In this document: positions 49,876 to 60,267 of the stretch, piece by piece | Layout of the letters: each line of letters begins with the position of its first letter | Position numbering within the stretch: the stretch's first letter is position 1 | From: a virus | Length of the DNA stretch: 64,000 bases | IMG/VR virus record: IMGVR_UViG_3300023179_000086 | Span: 1-64,000 of that record | Strand: one strand, 5' to 3' | The notes under the pieces: generated by a model | Database searches by the model: none | Told to the model about the DNA's origin: nothing | Seen by the model: the letters and a program-made list of their open reading frames with translations, nothing else | Translations under genes and position numbers: made by a program

Positions 49876-50682
49876 ATGTTTTTAGCTCACATTAACTCAG
49901 TAAAACCTAATTCATATTATGTATTAGATCAATTTAACAAAAAAAAAGTTCTTGTAAATTCAGATAAATTTAAATTAATTTCAAATATTTGTCCACATCA
50001 AAATAGTTTAATATCATCTACTGATGGATCAGGTATTAGAGTATGCCCGTATCATAATTGGTCTTTTACAATAGATGGACAATCTATATCTTCAGGTAGA
50101 ACAGAATATTATTGCAAAAATAAAATTAACTTAAAAGAAGAAAACGTTTATTTATGGAATGGATTATTGTTAAGCTCAGATGTTGACTTTTACATTACTG
50201 AAAATTTTGACAATATGGTTTTGATAGAAAATCGAATTGATGTTGTAAAAGCTGATTATCGTATTATTATGGATTTATTTTTAGATGTTGATCACATTCC
50301 ATCTGTGCATAAAGGGGTTTATGATAAAATTGGAATAACAAATTTAAATGTAATGTGGAGTTATTATAACAATGGCAATGTTCAAAAAGTGGATCGAAAT
50401 GCATTGTGGATTGCAATTTATCCATATACAATGATTGAATGGCAATACGGAGCATTATTCATTACCGTCGCTATCCCTAATGGAAATAAATCAAATGTCC
50501 ATATATTTAAATATACAGATAAACAAAATATTGATAAATGGAAATTAAATGAAGATGTTTGGGAAACAGCTTGGTTGCAGGATAAAACACAAGCAGAATT
50601 AATTACTGAATTTCCAAAACATAATCTAGAAACACAAAAAATACATTTTAGGAATTTTTTAAAAGAAAATGGAATTAATTAA
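49876..50682 (+). CDS. Rieske non-heme iron oxygenase (compact)
   Basis: CPH...CPYH Rieske ligands; DVDHIPSVH mononuclear Fe site. Confidence 0.88.
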   Translation: MFLAHINSVKPNSYYVLDQFNKKKVLVNSDKFKLISNICPHQNSLISSTDGSGIRVCPYHNWSFTIDGQSISSGRTEYYCKNKINLKEENVYLWNGLLLSSDVDFYITENFDNMVLIENRIDVVKADYRIIMDLFLDVDHIPSVHKGVYDKIGITNLNVMWSYYNNGNVQKVDRNALWIAIYPYTMIEWQYGALFITVAIPNGNKSNVHIFKYTDKQNIDKWKLNEDVWETAWLQDKTQAELITEFPKHNLETQKIHFRNFLKENGIN

Positions 50683-51580
50683 AAATAATTATTTGTATGG
50701 TACAGGAAATGGTACAACATGGCACGTTAATATTGATCCTCCTACACGCAAGGTAAAAACATATTTTGAAGAAACTTTAGAAGCTGTAAAATATGTTTAT
50801 GAAAATAAAACAGGTAAGTTTCAAGTTTTATTTAGTGGAGGACTTGACAGCCAATATGTATGCGAAGTATTACTATATTTGGGAATGGAATTTGAAATAA
50901 TAATTATTGAATTAAAAAATAATAAAAATGAAATTCTTAATATGCATGATATTAAATATGCATATGAATTTTGTAATTTTAAAAACATTACTCCAACCAT
51001 ATACGATTTGAATTTTGAACAGTTTATCGATACAGATAAAAACATACAAATAGCAGAATCAGTTCAATGTTGTTCGATAGCCATCCCTGCGACAATGTAT
51101 GTAGCTGAAAAAATGGATGGTTTTACATTATTGGGCAATGATCCACCCTATATAAAATATGTACCTGAAAAAAATTATTGGGCATTACAAGAATTAGAAT
51201 ATATTCATAGTTTATTACGATATTATGAAAAATTTAATTTAAATGGTTGTCCTTTTTTATTATCTTATACATCTGAAATGATGCTTTCTTTTTTAATTGA
51301 TCCAACAATTATGAAATTAGGAATGGGTATGATATTAGGTAAAACAGGTAGTAATTCAAGTAAATCGTATGTATTTAATAATGGATCAGGTTTTAATATG
51401 CCTGGTTATGACTTTGTAACCAAATCACGTATAAAATATACAGGATATGAAGAAATTTATCAATCTAATCTAATGAATCATCCAAATTTGCAAATATTTA
51501 AACAATACAGAGAAAAGTGGAATGGAGAATATCTTGAAAATTTTTCAGATGTAATTAATAGATTATCGATAAATCAATAA
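50669..51580 (+). CDS. PP-loop ATPase (asparagine-synthetase/AANH-like)
   Basis: VLFSGGLDSQ; C-terminal R.KYTGYE. Confidence 0.8.
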   Translation: MELIKNNYLYGTGNGTTWHVNIDPPTRKVKTYFEETLEAVKYVYENKTGKFQVLFSGGLDSQYVCEVLLYLGMEFEIIIIELKNNKNEILNMHDIKYAYEFCNFKNITPTIYDLNFEQFIDTDKNIQIAESVQCCSIAIPATMYVAEKMDGFTLLGNDPPYIKYVPEKNYWALQELEYIHSLLRYYEKFNLNGCPFLLSYTSEMMLSFLIDPTIMKLGMGMILGKTGSNSSKSYVFNNGSGFNMPGYDFVTKSRIKYTGYEEIYQSNLMNHPNLQIFKQYREKWNGEYLENFSDVINRLSINQ

Positions 51581-52744
51581 TTAATTATTGATTTTTTTAA
51601 AATTTTCTACTTTTCCGATAAAGTAAGGTTTAATTTGTGTCATAAGACCTGTTTTACTTGAATTCAAGTATATTGAATCAATAGTTGAATAAAAATGTTT
51701 AGTATCAGATGTAATCATATCAAATACTCGTGTAGTGTTATGCAGATCATAAAACCATTGATCATGCTCTCCTAAAATTATTTTTGTTGGTTTTTCTGCT
51801 TGAAATATTTTAGTGTAAGTTGATGGATAAAGTATTGGAATAATGCTTCTTTCGTACTTACTATGTTTAATTCTTTTTTCTACATCGTTTAAAAATTTAT
51901 GATTTTCTGTATTAACCGTATATTTACTTACATCAGTTGTTTCATCTACTGCAGCACGTGCAACAGAATGAGCTTGTTTTATGAGCAAAGCTGTACAAGT
52001 TTTTGCCCAATAAAATGGAACATTGTTAACATTAGAATATTCTCGATCAAAAACGGGTCTTGCCACATTCAATGCCAAATCATTAAAAACCATATAAACT
52101 GAATTATTATCAATAGCAATTTTTGGTTTGTCTATCCCATATACAAACCCAATTTTTAATCCTAAATCTGCTAATTTTACTAAATGTTTTTGTCGCTCTA
52201 ATCTATATCTTGCAATTCCTGAAGGATGAACCCAATCTTCGCTTCTATATAGCCAATCGTCAGTTTTAAAATCTAAAATATCTTGAAAATAATCATGTAA
52301 AGTAATTTTTACTTTAGGATACTCTTTTTCGATTTGTTTAATAAAAGGAATTTGAGCATAATAAGTTTCACTCATAGTGTTTTTATGAGAAGTATCAGTA
52401 TTATTATGTTTAAAGTTGCTAAGACCACTTAACGGTGCTGAAGCAATAATTTCATCAATATGTATATTGTTTCTTAAAAAAGATAAAGCAACATTTCTAC
52501 TATCTGCGCCACCACTGCAAAATACTGCTAGATAATCATAGTTATCTCTAAGTTCTTTTGCTCGTTGCTCATATAATACATGTAGGGAAGTATCAGGTTC
52601 GATAGTCCAATTTACTTTAGAATATTCTTTATCATTAAAATACCATTCTATGTTATATTTATATGGATTTGCTGCAAGAACGGCATCTATTTTATGTAAA
52701 AAAAATTGATTATTTACTTTATAAAATGAATCGTTTTCAATCAT
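51581..52744 (-). CDS. PP-loop ATPase (AANH-like)
   Basis: VFCSGGADS, GIDKP. Confidence 0.8.
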   Translation of the reverse strand: MIENDSFYKVNNQFFLHKIDAVLAANPYKYNIEWYFNDKEYSKVNWTIEPDTSLHVLYEQRAKELRDNYDYLAVFCSGGADSRNVALSFLRNNIHIDEIIASAPLSGLSNFKHNNTDTSHKNTMSETYYAQIPFIKQIEKEYPKVKITLHDYFQDILDFKTDDWLYRSEDWVHPSGIARYRLERQKHLVKLADLGLKIGFVYGIDKPKIAIDNNSVYMVFNDLALNVARPVFDREYSNVNNVPFYWAKTCTALLIKQAHSVARAAVDETTDVSKYTVNTENHKFLNDVEKRIKHSKYERSIIPILYPSTYTKIFQAEKPTKIILGEHDQWFYDLHNTTRVFDMITSDTKHFYSTIDSIYLNSSKTGLMTQIKPYFIGKVENFKKINN

Positions 52745-52751
52745 TGATAAT

Positions 52752-53378
52752 TTAAATATGTGTTCGTGATTTCATGGGATTATGTTCATCTCTTGGCCCA
52801 TCTTCACTATCGGGATGAAAAGCTACTAAACTCATATGGCTATTATTAGTTTTGAATCTATGTCTAGCATATCTATCTAAAATAAATACATCACCTTTTT
52901 CTAAATTGAATTTTTCATCTGTTGTTTCAGCAATACCACGTCCTGATGTAATAAATCCTATCCTTAAACTTGGATGTGTGTGAAAAGTTTGATTAATATT
53001 TTTTGGGAAATATAAATAATTTAGACAAGGATCACCATTTCTAGGCGGACTTATAATATTACTGTTGCTACAACCATCAATATAAGATAAATTACCCACT
53101 AAACTTGCATTTAAAATTGCCATATATTGTTCAGCAAAACAGAAACCTGGCATTTCGATGACCATTCCACCCGTAATATCATTAAGGTTAAATTCTTTTG
53201 TCGTTGTTACAGTAAATAATGAATTTTTAATATCAAAATCTTCGCTAATAAAACTTCCAAATCCTACAATAAATCTTGAATATCCGCAATCATAAAATCT
53301 TAGATTCTCACTCAATGGTATAAGATTTATTACAAAACGATCTCTTATTTGTATTGATGATTTTATTATTTGAAACAT
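52752..53378 (-). CDS. cupin-domain protein
   Basis: QTFHTHPSLRIG...G.G...H.F...FHPDS. Confidence 0.8.
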   Translation of the reverse strand: MFQIIKSSIQIRDRFVINLIPLSENLRFYDCGYSRFIVGFGSFISEDFDIKNSLFTVTTTKEFNLNDITGGMVIEMPGFCFAEQYMAILNASLVGNLSYIDGCSNSNIISPPRNGDPCLNYLYFPKNINQTFHTHPSLRIGFITSGRGIAETTDEKFNLEKGDVFILDRYARHRFKTNNSHMSLVAFHPDSEDGPRDEHNPMKSRTHI

Positions 53379-53379
53379 A

Positions 53380-54003
53380 TTAACCTTCTAAATTTAATAA
53401 TTTAACACGATATTGTTGTTTTAATGCAAATAAACATATTACTGTATCTATTTCAAATGTTTTTCTATACTCAGGAAAATAAAAACTATGTAAACGTGAT
53501 TTGCATGGTTCATTTGCTTTATAAATAGTTTCATAAAAGCAATTATATTTATTTTCAATTATACCATCTGAAACAAATCTCTTCCATACTTTATCAAGTG
53601 CTCGTTGATGTTTTAAATCACGTCTGCTATAAAAACTATAATAATTGTTTTGTTCTCCATGTTCCATAAGCATATACATACATTTTCCCCATACACTCAT
53701 GCTAAGTTTATAATTATTCAAATCTTTTTTATTAAAATTAGAAAATTGGTTAAATGCATACCAATATTGAATGGTTGGTGGAAAATAACCACTTTGTGCA
53801 CAAATCAATTCATCGTTATAAAATGCACCATAAACTAATTTATCTTTGTTATTTAAATCGTTTGAAAATTGATTAATCATAATTGAAGAATATTCTTGTT
53901 TTTTTTTAAGTCTTAATAATTTTTCATTACTATTAAATAATTCTATGTAAATATTTAAGTCATTAATATCTAATTTTCTTATTATAAATTCATTTATTTC
54001 CAT
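53380..54003 (-). CDS. GNAT-like protein
   Basis: IRKL...D, VYGAFYNDELI; similar to ORF 48486. Confidence 0.55.
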   Translation of the reverse strand: MEINEFIIRKLDINDLNIYIELFNSNEKLLRLKKKQEYSSIMINQFSNDLNNKDKLVYGAFYNDELICAQSGYFPPTIQYWYAFNQFSNFNKKDLNNYKLSMSVWGKCMYMLMEHGEQNNYYSFYSRRDLKHQRALDKVWKRFVSDGIIENKYNCFYETIYKANEPCKSRLHSFYFPEYRKTFEIDTVICLFALKQQYRVKLLNLEG

Positions 54004-55204
54004 TATATTTCTCTACAATGATAGATGCGCATTTACCTCCAAAACCAAAACTATTTTTTAAACCTATATTGAATTCGCTAATAATAGATACTTTAGGTAA
54101 ATTAATTTTGTCACCTATACAATGTTGGAGGGTTGGTATGAAACTTATTTGGTTATTATTTATACTTTCAATAAGATAGCTTAATTCAATTAAGCCACAT
54201 GCAGCCATAGTGTGTCCAATATTAGCTTTTAATGCCATAACAGGAGAATTTGGAAAATAGTCAGCAATAATATTATATTCTACTTCATCGCCATTGGGAG
54301 TACTAGTAGCATGTGCCCCTATAATATCTATATCTTCATACTTTAACTTTGCTTTTCTTAAAGCCATATCAATACTATTTCTACCACCTAAACCGTTTGG
54401 GTGTACTGCTGTATCGTGATATGCCTCAGAAGCGTAACCAATACCATTGATAGTTGCTAATATGTTGTCACCATGAGATATGGCTGTTTCTATTTTTTTT
54501 ATAATAAAAACAGCAGCCCCCTCTCCCATAATAAATCCATTACGATTTATATCAAATGGACTACTTTTAGGAGGAACTCTAGTATCTAATGCACCAAGTG
54601 ATTGAAACATGTAAATGTTCATTGGATCTACCATAACATCACATCCTCCTACAATAACTTGTTCATAATCATTATCATTAAGTAATTTTATAGCATAATC
54701 TAAACCCATAATACCACTTGCACATGCACTTGTAATATTAAAAGTTGCACCATAAAATCCAAACTTTTTACTTATTAAACTTGTTAGAGAATCTCTTTGT
54801 GCTGCTAAACACTGTCGTGGAGTAGATCTTTTATTACTTAACAACTGTTTTGTACATTCTAATGTGGTTGATGCACCACCACCTAAAGAACTAAAAATTA
54901 ATGCTGTGTTTTTAGGATTAGGTATATTACATTCGTTTATTGCTTGTTTACAAGCATAAAATCCTATTATACTATAACGATCAAGATTCTTTTTTTCATT
55001 GGTTGAAATATATTCATTTATGTCTAACTCATTAATATTTACTTCTGCAGCATGAGTAATTTTAATTATTGAATATTCCTCTAAAGAAAAATTTGTAATT
55101 GGTTGTACAGCAATGTCACCATTAATGTATTTTTTCCAATTATTAGTTCTATTAAATCCAAGAGGATCAACTAATCCAATAGCAACAATTGCATATTTAT
55201 TCAT
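53990..55204 (-). CDS. fabF: beta-ketoacyl-ACP synthase II (FabF-type ketosynthase)
   Basis: SACASG (catalytic Cys), HATST, GHTMAA, GEGA, NSFGFGG. Confidence 0.93.
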   Translation of the reverse strand: MNKYAIVAIGLVDPLGFNRTNNWKKYINGDIAVQPITNFSLEEYSIIKITHAAEVNINELDINEYISTNEKKNLDRYSIIGFYACKQAINECNIPNPKNTALIFSSLGGGASTTLECTKQLLSNKRSTPRQCLAAQRDSLTSLISKKFGFYGATFNITSACASGIMGLDYAIKLLNDNDYEQVIVGGCDVMVDPMNIYMFQSLGALDTRVPPKSSPFDINRNGFIMGEGAAVFIIKKIETAISHGDNILATINGIGYASEAYHDTAVHPNGLGGRNSIDMALRKAKLKYEDIDIIGAHATSTPNGDEVEYNIIADYFPNSPVMALKANIGHTMAACGLIELSYLIESINNNQISFIPTLQHCIGDKINLPKVSIISEFNIGLKNSFGFGGKCASIIVEKYNGNK

Positions 55205-55316
55205 GTTTCAAATTTGATATATTATCGTGGCTATTGTTCATAAAAAATTTTTCTATTACCCAACCACAAAAATCTTTTTCATTATCTTTAATTGATAGCT
55301 TATAATTGCCAGGATA
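55197..55316 (-). pseudogene. 3' remnant (39 codons) of a ninth desaturase gene
   Basis: Frame reads YPGNYKLSIKDNEKDFCGWVIEKFF...KHE-stop, matching desaturase tails such as PNEY...EFDFSGWLVKKIF; no start; stop overlaps the fabF ATG. Confidence 0.7.
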
Positions 55317-55343
55317 TTAATTTTTTGGTTATATGTCATCTGA

Positions 55344-56159
55344 TTATATTTTATAAGCTTTTATATCACTAGGATCGATAACGAAGATTTTTTTAACCAA
55401 CCAACCACTAAAATCAAATTCACCAGGAGCCATTGCTTGATTGTATTCATTTGGTTTAGCATGGTGATTATTATGTAATCCTTCACCTAATGTATACCAA
55501 TGTATCCATTTATTATTTTGACTATTATCTGTTGTTTCAAAATTTCTATAAGACAATTTTGTAGGTATATGACTCAATGTTGTCACAAATACCCCACTAC
55601 CAAAGATATACCATCCAATTGGAGCAGCAATAATAAAAACAGGTATTTTCCAATTAAAGAGACCTAGTAATATAGATACAATACCTATAATAGCCCAAAT
55701 CTTAAAATAGTTATGATGAACAAACTGTACCGTTGGATCTCTTATAATATCTTTTGGCAATGTTCTAACTTGTTTTACATTTCTAAACCAATCAAAAGGT
55801 TTTATTTCCCATAGCCCCAATGATTCAAAAATATTATTTTTTGGGCTATGAATATCCCTTTCTTGGTCGCTATATTGATGATGATGTCTATGACTTGTAG
55901 CATATAACACTGGACTTCCAGCACCAATTAACACACTAGCCCAACATAGGAATTTATGTTTATTCCTTGTAGTTACAAAACTACGATGTGCAAAATATCT
56001 ATGCATGGCAATATGATTGGCTGGAATAACCACAATTTTAGCAACTAAAAATGATAGTAAGGTCCATAACCAATTACCAGTATAAAATCCATATACAAAT
56101 GAAAATATCCAGCAAGCTATACCAATAGCCCAAATTGTTCTTAATTTATATAAATTCAT
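55344..56159 (-). CDS. membrane acyl desaturase #3
   Basis: HRYFAH, HRHHH, HNNHH. Confidence 0.92.
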   Translation of the reverse strand: MNLYKLRTIWAIGIACWIFSFVYGFYTGNWLWTLLSFLVAKIVVIPANHIAMHRYFAHRSFVTTRNKHKFLCWASVLIGAGSPVLYATSHRHHHQYSDQERDIHSPKNNIFESLGLWEIKPFDWFRNVKQVRTLPKDIIRDPTVQFVHHNYFKIWAIIGIVSILLGLFNWKIPVFIIAAPIGWYIFGSGVFVTTLSHIPTKLSYRNFETTDNSQNNKWIHWYTLGEGLHNNHHAKPNEYNQAMAPGEFDFSGWLVKKIFVIDPSDIKAYKI

Positions 56160-56746
56160 ATTGAATATTTTTTAATTATTGTATAATAAATTTTTTCATC
56201 AAAAAAACCAATAGTGAAAGATAATCTATTTGTTTTTATATTATGCACACTGTGAATTATATCAGTACGCATGATATTCCAATTGTTTTCAGGAAATATG
56301 ATACTGTCTTGTCTTTCCAGTAAATTTAGATCCCAAACATGGGACCAAGGAGATCTAATTAAATCATTACCAAATTCTTTCCACCATAAAGTTTCAACAT
56401 TTGATCCACCTGTATTAAGAATAAAACTTATACAAAAAGGTCCACGAACTTTACCATCTGTATGAGGATGTAATTGACTTAATTCATTACTATAATTTTT
56501 AATACTTTGAAATCCTATATTAAAATTTGTTTGATTAAATTCTGGGATTATTTCCTTTACATAGTCTATGTATTGATTTTCTAAAGGCCATCTTTTATAT
56601 ACAGCATCATTAACTTCAGTTTTATCAATTTGTAATATTTTTTTATTGCTAATTGCCTGCATATGATCTCCAACAATAGCATTTTCAATTCCATTCCTCA
56701 AATTTGTTGGCAAGGTTGGTAAATTTAAAAGAGCAAATAATTTCAT
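56156..56746 (-). CDS. 2OG-Fe(II)/cupin-fold oxygenase
   Basis: PHTD...IHSVHN...R. Confidence 0.7.
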   Translation of the reverse strand: MKLFALLNLPTLPTNLRNGIENAIVGDHMQAISNKKILQIDKTEVNDAVYKRWPLENQYIDYVKEIIPEFNQTNFNIGFQSIKNYSNELSQLHPHTDGKVRGPFCISFILNTGGSNVETLWWKEFGNDLIRSPWSHVWDLNLLERQDSIIFPENNWNIMRTDIIHSVHNIKTNRLSFTIGFFDEKIYYTIIKKYSI

Positions 56747-57510
56747 ATTTTAATTAAAAAGTATTTTATAAAATATCCTGGAAGATCCCATTCATATTTT
56801 TTCACTGCATAATATGGACTTTTACTATCGGCATGATGATTATTGTGTAGCCCACTACCTAACATTAAAATATTTACTAAAGTATTGTTCTTACTATCAT
56901 CTTTTGTATCAAAATTCCTATAACCCCATTTATGGCAGACTATGTCTATAAGTAAACTACTAGTATGAAAAGTCCAGACTGCACTTGCGCTTATTAGAAA
57001 AACAGCAATTCTAATGTCTATTATAGCTAATGTAAAATATATTATTGTAACAATTAAAAAATAATACTTATGAAAAAATAAGTGCCAAGGTTCAATCGCT
57101 AAATCTTTAACAAGTTTAGGACTAAATTTAACTGGGATCCAATTAACCAACCAAATATTATACCATTTGTAATGCCTAGGACTTTGTGGATCTTTATTTG
57201 TATCACTATATCTGTGATGTATTCTATGTGTTCCTACCCATCCATAACTACTGCCCAAACAATTCAAACTACCTAATACAAGTAGAATTCTTTCTTTCCA
57301 CAGTTGAGTTTGAAAACTTCTATGTGCAAATAATCTATGAAATCCAATTTCACCACCGATTTTTCCAAATAGAATCCATCCAAGCAAGGATACCCACAAC
57401 CAACCCCAATCCAAATCTAAATAAAATAGTGATAACAATGCTAAATGATGAAATACAATTAATATTTTAAATTGTATGTCCATATTTGGTTTTTTAATAT
57501 TATTAAACAT
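56743..57510 (-). CDS. membrane acyl desaturase #4, type C
   Basis: HRLFAH, HRIHH, HNNHH; IDIVCH. Confidence 0.92.
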   Translation of the reverse strand: MFNNIKKPNMDIQFKILIVFHHLALLSLFYLDLDWGWLWVSLLGWILFGKIGGEIGFHRLFAHRSFQTQLWKERILLVLGSLNCLGSSYGWVGTHRIHHRYSDTNKDPQSPRHYKWYNIWLVNWIPVKFSPKLVKDLAIEPWHLFFHKYYFLIVTIIYFTLAIIDIRIAVFLISASAVWTFHTSSLLIDIVCHKWGYRNFDTKDDSKNNTLVNILMLGSGLHNNHHADSKSPYYAVKKYEWDLPGYFIKYFLIKI

Positions 57511-58286
57511 TATAAAAAATTACCATTGTAGGATGAAATTGATTTTTCAATCAGTTTTTCTAATTTTGGATTATCTCTTGTGTCATTGTATATAAGAACA
57601 TCAAATCTATGTTCATTACTATAGTTTTTATACGAATGTTGGTGATAACTATTTAAAAACCAAATTTTTTTTATAGATAAATTCTCAACAAAATATCTAC
57701 TATCATTTTGATAATATTCTAAATCTTTAAAATGATAGCGATCTTCATGTACTTCTTTAGTAACAATATGAACTACTTTGCTATTAGTAATTATTGGAAT
57801 ATGCAGTATACATTGCTCAGGTGTATTATATTTTTTAATTAGTGGATCATTTTGATGACTATGCCATCCTAATGAATGTCCGCCTTCAGATTTAACTATT
57901 TTTGCCATTAACGGTTTATCTGTAATAGAGTTTATTAAGTTTAATAGTATTGGAAATCTTTCAGCAACTTCAGTATAATACCATTTTTGATCTTCAAGAG
58001 GCCATGAATAATATTCTTCTAACACTGTTTTTTCTTCGTTTTTCCATCTAGCAAAATGTTCTCTTACTATCGATGAACTTTTAAATTTATGAATTGTTGT
58101 CAATGCACAGTGTTTATATGAATTATGTAATTCTTTAAGAAAGGGTGTAAGTTCAAAGTATGGTGGATGGTAATCATACCAAACATTGTTTTTTAATACT
58201 TCATACTTTATACTTTCAAAATCAAAATTAATATCTAAAGTCATAAATGGTATGTTCTTAAGATGTTCAATTATTAGCTGTTTCAT
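57510..58286 (-). CDS. 2OG-Fe(II) oxygenase, Asp/Asn beta-hydroxylase-like
   Basis: WHSH...LHIPIITN...N..HQH...N.S...R. Confidence 0.7.
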   Translation of the reverse strand: MKQLIIEHLKNIPFMTLDINFDFESIKYEVLKNNVWYDYHPPYFELTPFLKELHNSYKHCALTTIHKFKSSSIVREHFARWKNEEKTVLEEYYSWPLEDQKWYYTEVAERFPILLNLINSITDKPLMAKIVKSEGGHSLGWHSHQNDPLIKKYNTPEQCILHIPIITNSKVVHIVTKEVHEDRYHFKDLEYYQNDSRYFVENLSIKKIWFLNSYHQHSYKNYSNEHRFDVLIYNDTRDNPKLEKLIEKSISSYNGNFL

Positions 58287-59043
58287 TTTTAATTAGTAAA
58301 TGTTTGATGATTAGGCCTGGGAGATCAAATTCATCACTTTTATGATTAAAGTAGGGTTCGTTTGGTCGGGCATGATGATTATTATGTAAACCACTACCAC
58401 CTGTTAGTATATTTACAATGAGATTATTTTTGCTCTGATCTTTTGTATTATAATTTCTGTATCCATACTTATGGCATACTATATCAATCAAATACGAACC
58501 AACATGGAATTGAATAACTGATGGTATAATAATTCCAAAAATTAATAATTTAAAATCTATAAATCCAAAAAGTAAAATTACTAAAAACGATAATGTAAAA
58601 TAATATTTGTGTATGAATCTATGCCATGGATCTTTAATTAAATCAGAGATTGATCGGGGATTTACTATAAACGGTTTCCACATAATTAACCATACTTTTA
58701 TAAGTGAATTAAAATAAGGACTATGTGGATCTTTATCGGTGTCGGCGGTGGCATGATGCACACGATGTACGCCACAAAAATGTAAACTACTCCCTACAAA
58801 ATTTAGACTTCCTAATATTAGTAATAACCGTTCTTTCCATTTATCTGTTTTAAAACTTTTGTGAGCAAATAATCTATGGTAACCAATTTCTCCCCCTATT
58901 TTACCTATAACAATGTAAGATAAAAACGTTATCAAAAAATAGTACCATTCTACATTTGATATAAAAAATGCTGTAATAAACAGAACATGTGTTATCAATA
59001 GTAAAAATCTAATTTTAGTTAATGTGCTTAAATGTAACGACAT
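58267..59043 (-). CDS. membrane acyl desaturase #5, type C
   Basis: HRLFAH, HRVHH, HNNHH; IDIVCH. Confidence 0.92.
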   Translation of the reverse strand: MSLHLSTLTKIRFLLLITHVLFITAFFISNVEWYYFLITFLSYIVIGKIGGEIGYHRLFAHKSFKTDKWKERLLLILGSLNFVGSSLHFCGVHRVHHATADTDKDPHSPYFNSLIKVWLIMWKPFIVNPRSISDLIKDPWHRFIHKYYFTLSFLVILLFGFIDFKLLIFGIIIPSVIQFHVGSYLIDIVCHKYGYRNYNTKDQSKNNLIVNILTGGSGLHNNHHARPNEPYFNHKSDEFDLPGLIIKHLLIKNETANN

Positions 59044-59046
59044 TAT

Positions 59047-59418
59047 TTATAAGTTATATAAATTTTTAGCCTCTTTATCAGTAATATTATAAATTTGATA
59101 TATGAATTCAAATTTTTCAGGATGATTTTGAATACTTTTATTATCCTCATAAATTACGTCTAACTGAGTTTTACATTCTTGTGCAATCTCTTCCGACACA
59201 AATACTCTTTCAGTAACTAAAAGATGACTAGCTAAATATCTTTTAAATGCTTTTTGCGTACCATTTACTACATACGAATTGCATATTTCCATATACTTTA
59301 AAATATTATTTGGTTTAAAAATGTAAGGAAACAGAGCGTGTAAAGTTTCATCTACGGTACCTCTAAGAAGACTGTGGTCATTTATAACAGTTGTTGTTTT
59401 ATATACGCAATAACCCAT
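59047..59418 (-). CDS. hypothetical protein heading the leftward desaturase operon
   Basis: ATG 59418 downstream of a minus-strand ATAAATA. Confidence 0.55.
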   Translation of the reverse strand: MGYCVYKTTTVINDHSLLRGTVDETLHALFPYIFKPNNILKYMEICNSYVVNGTQKAFKRYLASHLLVTERVFVSEEIAQECKTQLDVIYEDNKSIQNHPEKFEFIYQIYNITDKEAKNLYNL

Positions 59419-59432
59419 AAAAAAATTCCTAT

Positions 59433-59473
59433 AATATATCAATATTTATTCTACCGATAAATATTGATATATT
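59433..59473. promoter_or_regulatory. 17-bp perfect inverted repeat containing divergent late promoters
   Basis: AATATATCAATATTTAT-N7-ATAAATATTGATATATT. Confidence 0.7.
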
Positions 59474-59490
59474 TATATTATAAAGTAAAG

Positions 59491-60267
59491 ATGTTTTATT
59501 CAAACGTTAAAAGCATAAAAATATTACAGGTTTTAACTACCATTATTACCTGCGGTTTACTTTTTTTAAATTTTAGTTGGTATTGGTGGAGTATATCAAT
59601 TTTTGTGTATTTTTTAACAGGTTGTTTAGGTATTACTATAACATATCATCGATATCTTTCTCATAAAGCATTTAAAATGCCCAAAATATTAGAATATATT
59701 TTTAGTTTTTTTGGTGCTATTGGTGGTACAGGGTCAACTATTGGATGGTTAGCAGTTCATAATGTTCATCACAAATATAGTGATAAAGATAAAGACCCAC
59801 ACAGTCCACATATCCTAGGTTTGAGATTAATGCTTACAAACTATAATTACAAATTTAACCCACTTGATGCTAAAGTATTGCTAAGAGATAAATTTCACAT
59901 TTTCTTACACCAATATTATAATCTAATATTAATAACATGGGCAATCTTATTAATATTAATAGATATAAAAATTTTTCTATTTGTATTCGTTGTACCAATT
60001 TTTTTACAGATTTGGGCAAGTAACATAAGCAATTATGCTAATCATTTGTATGGGTATAAGAATTTCGAAACAACCGAAGGCAGTAAAAATACATGGTGGG
60101 TAAGCGCAATTACTTGGGGAGAAGGATGGCATAATAATCATCATGCAGAACCATGGTCGTATACTTTTCAAAAAAAATGGTGGGAAATTGATATAAGTGG
60201 GTATATAATATATATAATGGTTTTACTGACGGGTAACAAAGCTAGCTTATATAATTCTAAATATTAG
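59491..60267 (+). CDS. membrane acyl desaturase #6
   Basis: HRYLSH, HNVHH, HNNHH. Confidence 0.92.
   Translation: MFYSNVKSIKILQVLTTIITCGLLFLNFSWYWWSISIFVYFLTGCLGITITYHRYLSHKAFKMPKILEYIFSFFGAIGGTGSTIGWLAVHNVHHKYSDKDKDPHSPHILGLRLMLTNYNYKFNPLDAKVLLRDKFHIFLHQYYNLILITWAILLILIDIKIFLFVFVVPIFLQIWASNISNYANHLYGYKNFETTEGSKNTWWVSAITWGEGWHNNHHAEPWSYTFQKKWWEIDISGYIIYIMVLLTGNKASLYNSKY

Noticed and set aside
45683-52744. PP-loop ATPases as lasso-peptide cyclases (RiPP cluster)
   Set aside because: No precursor peptide, B protease or RRE recognisable in this window; cannot be supported, though not excluded outside it.
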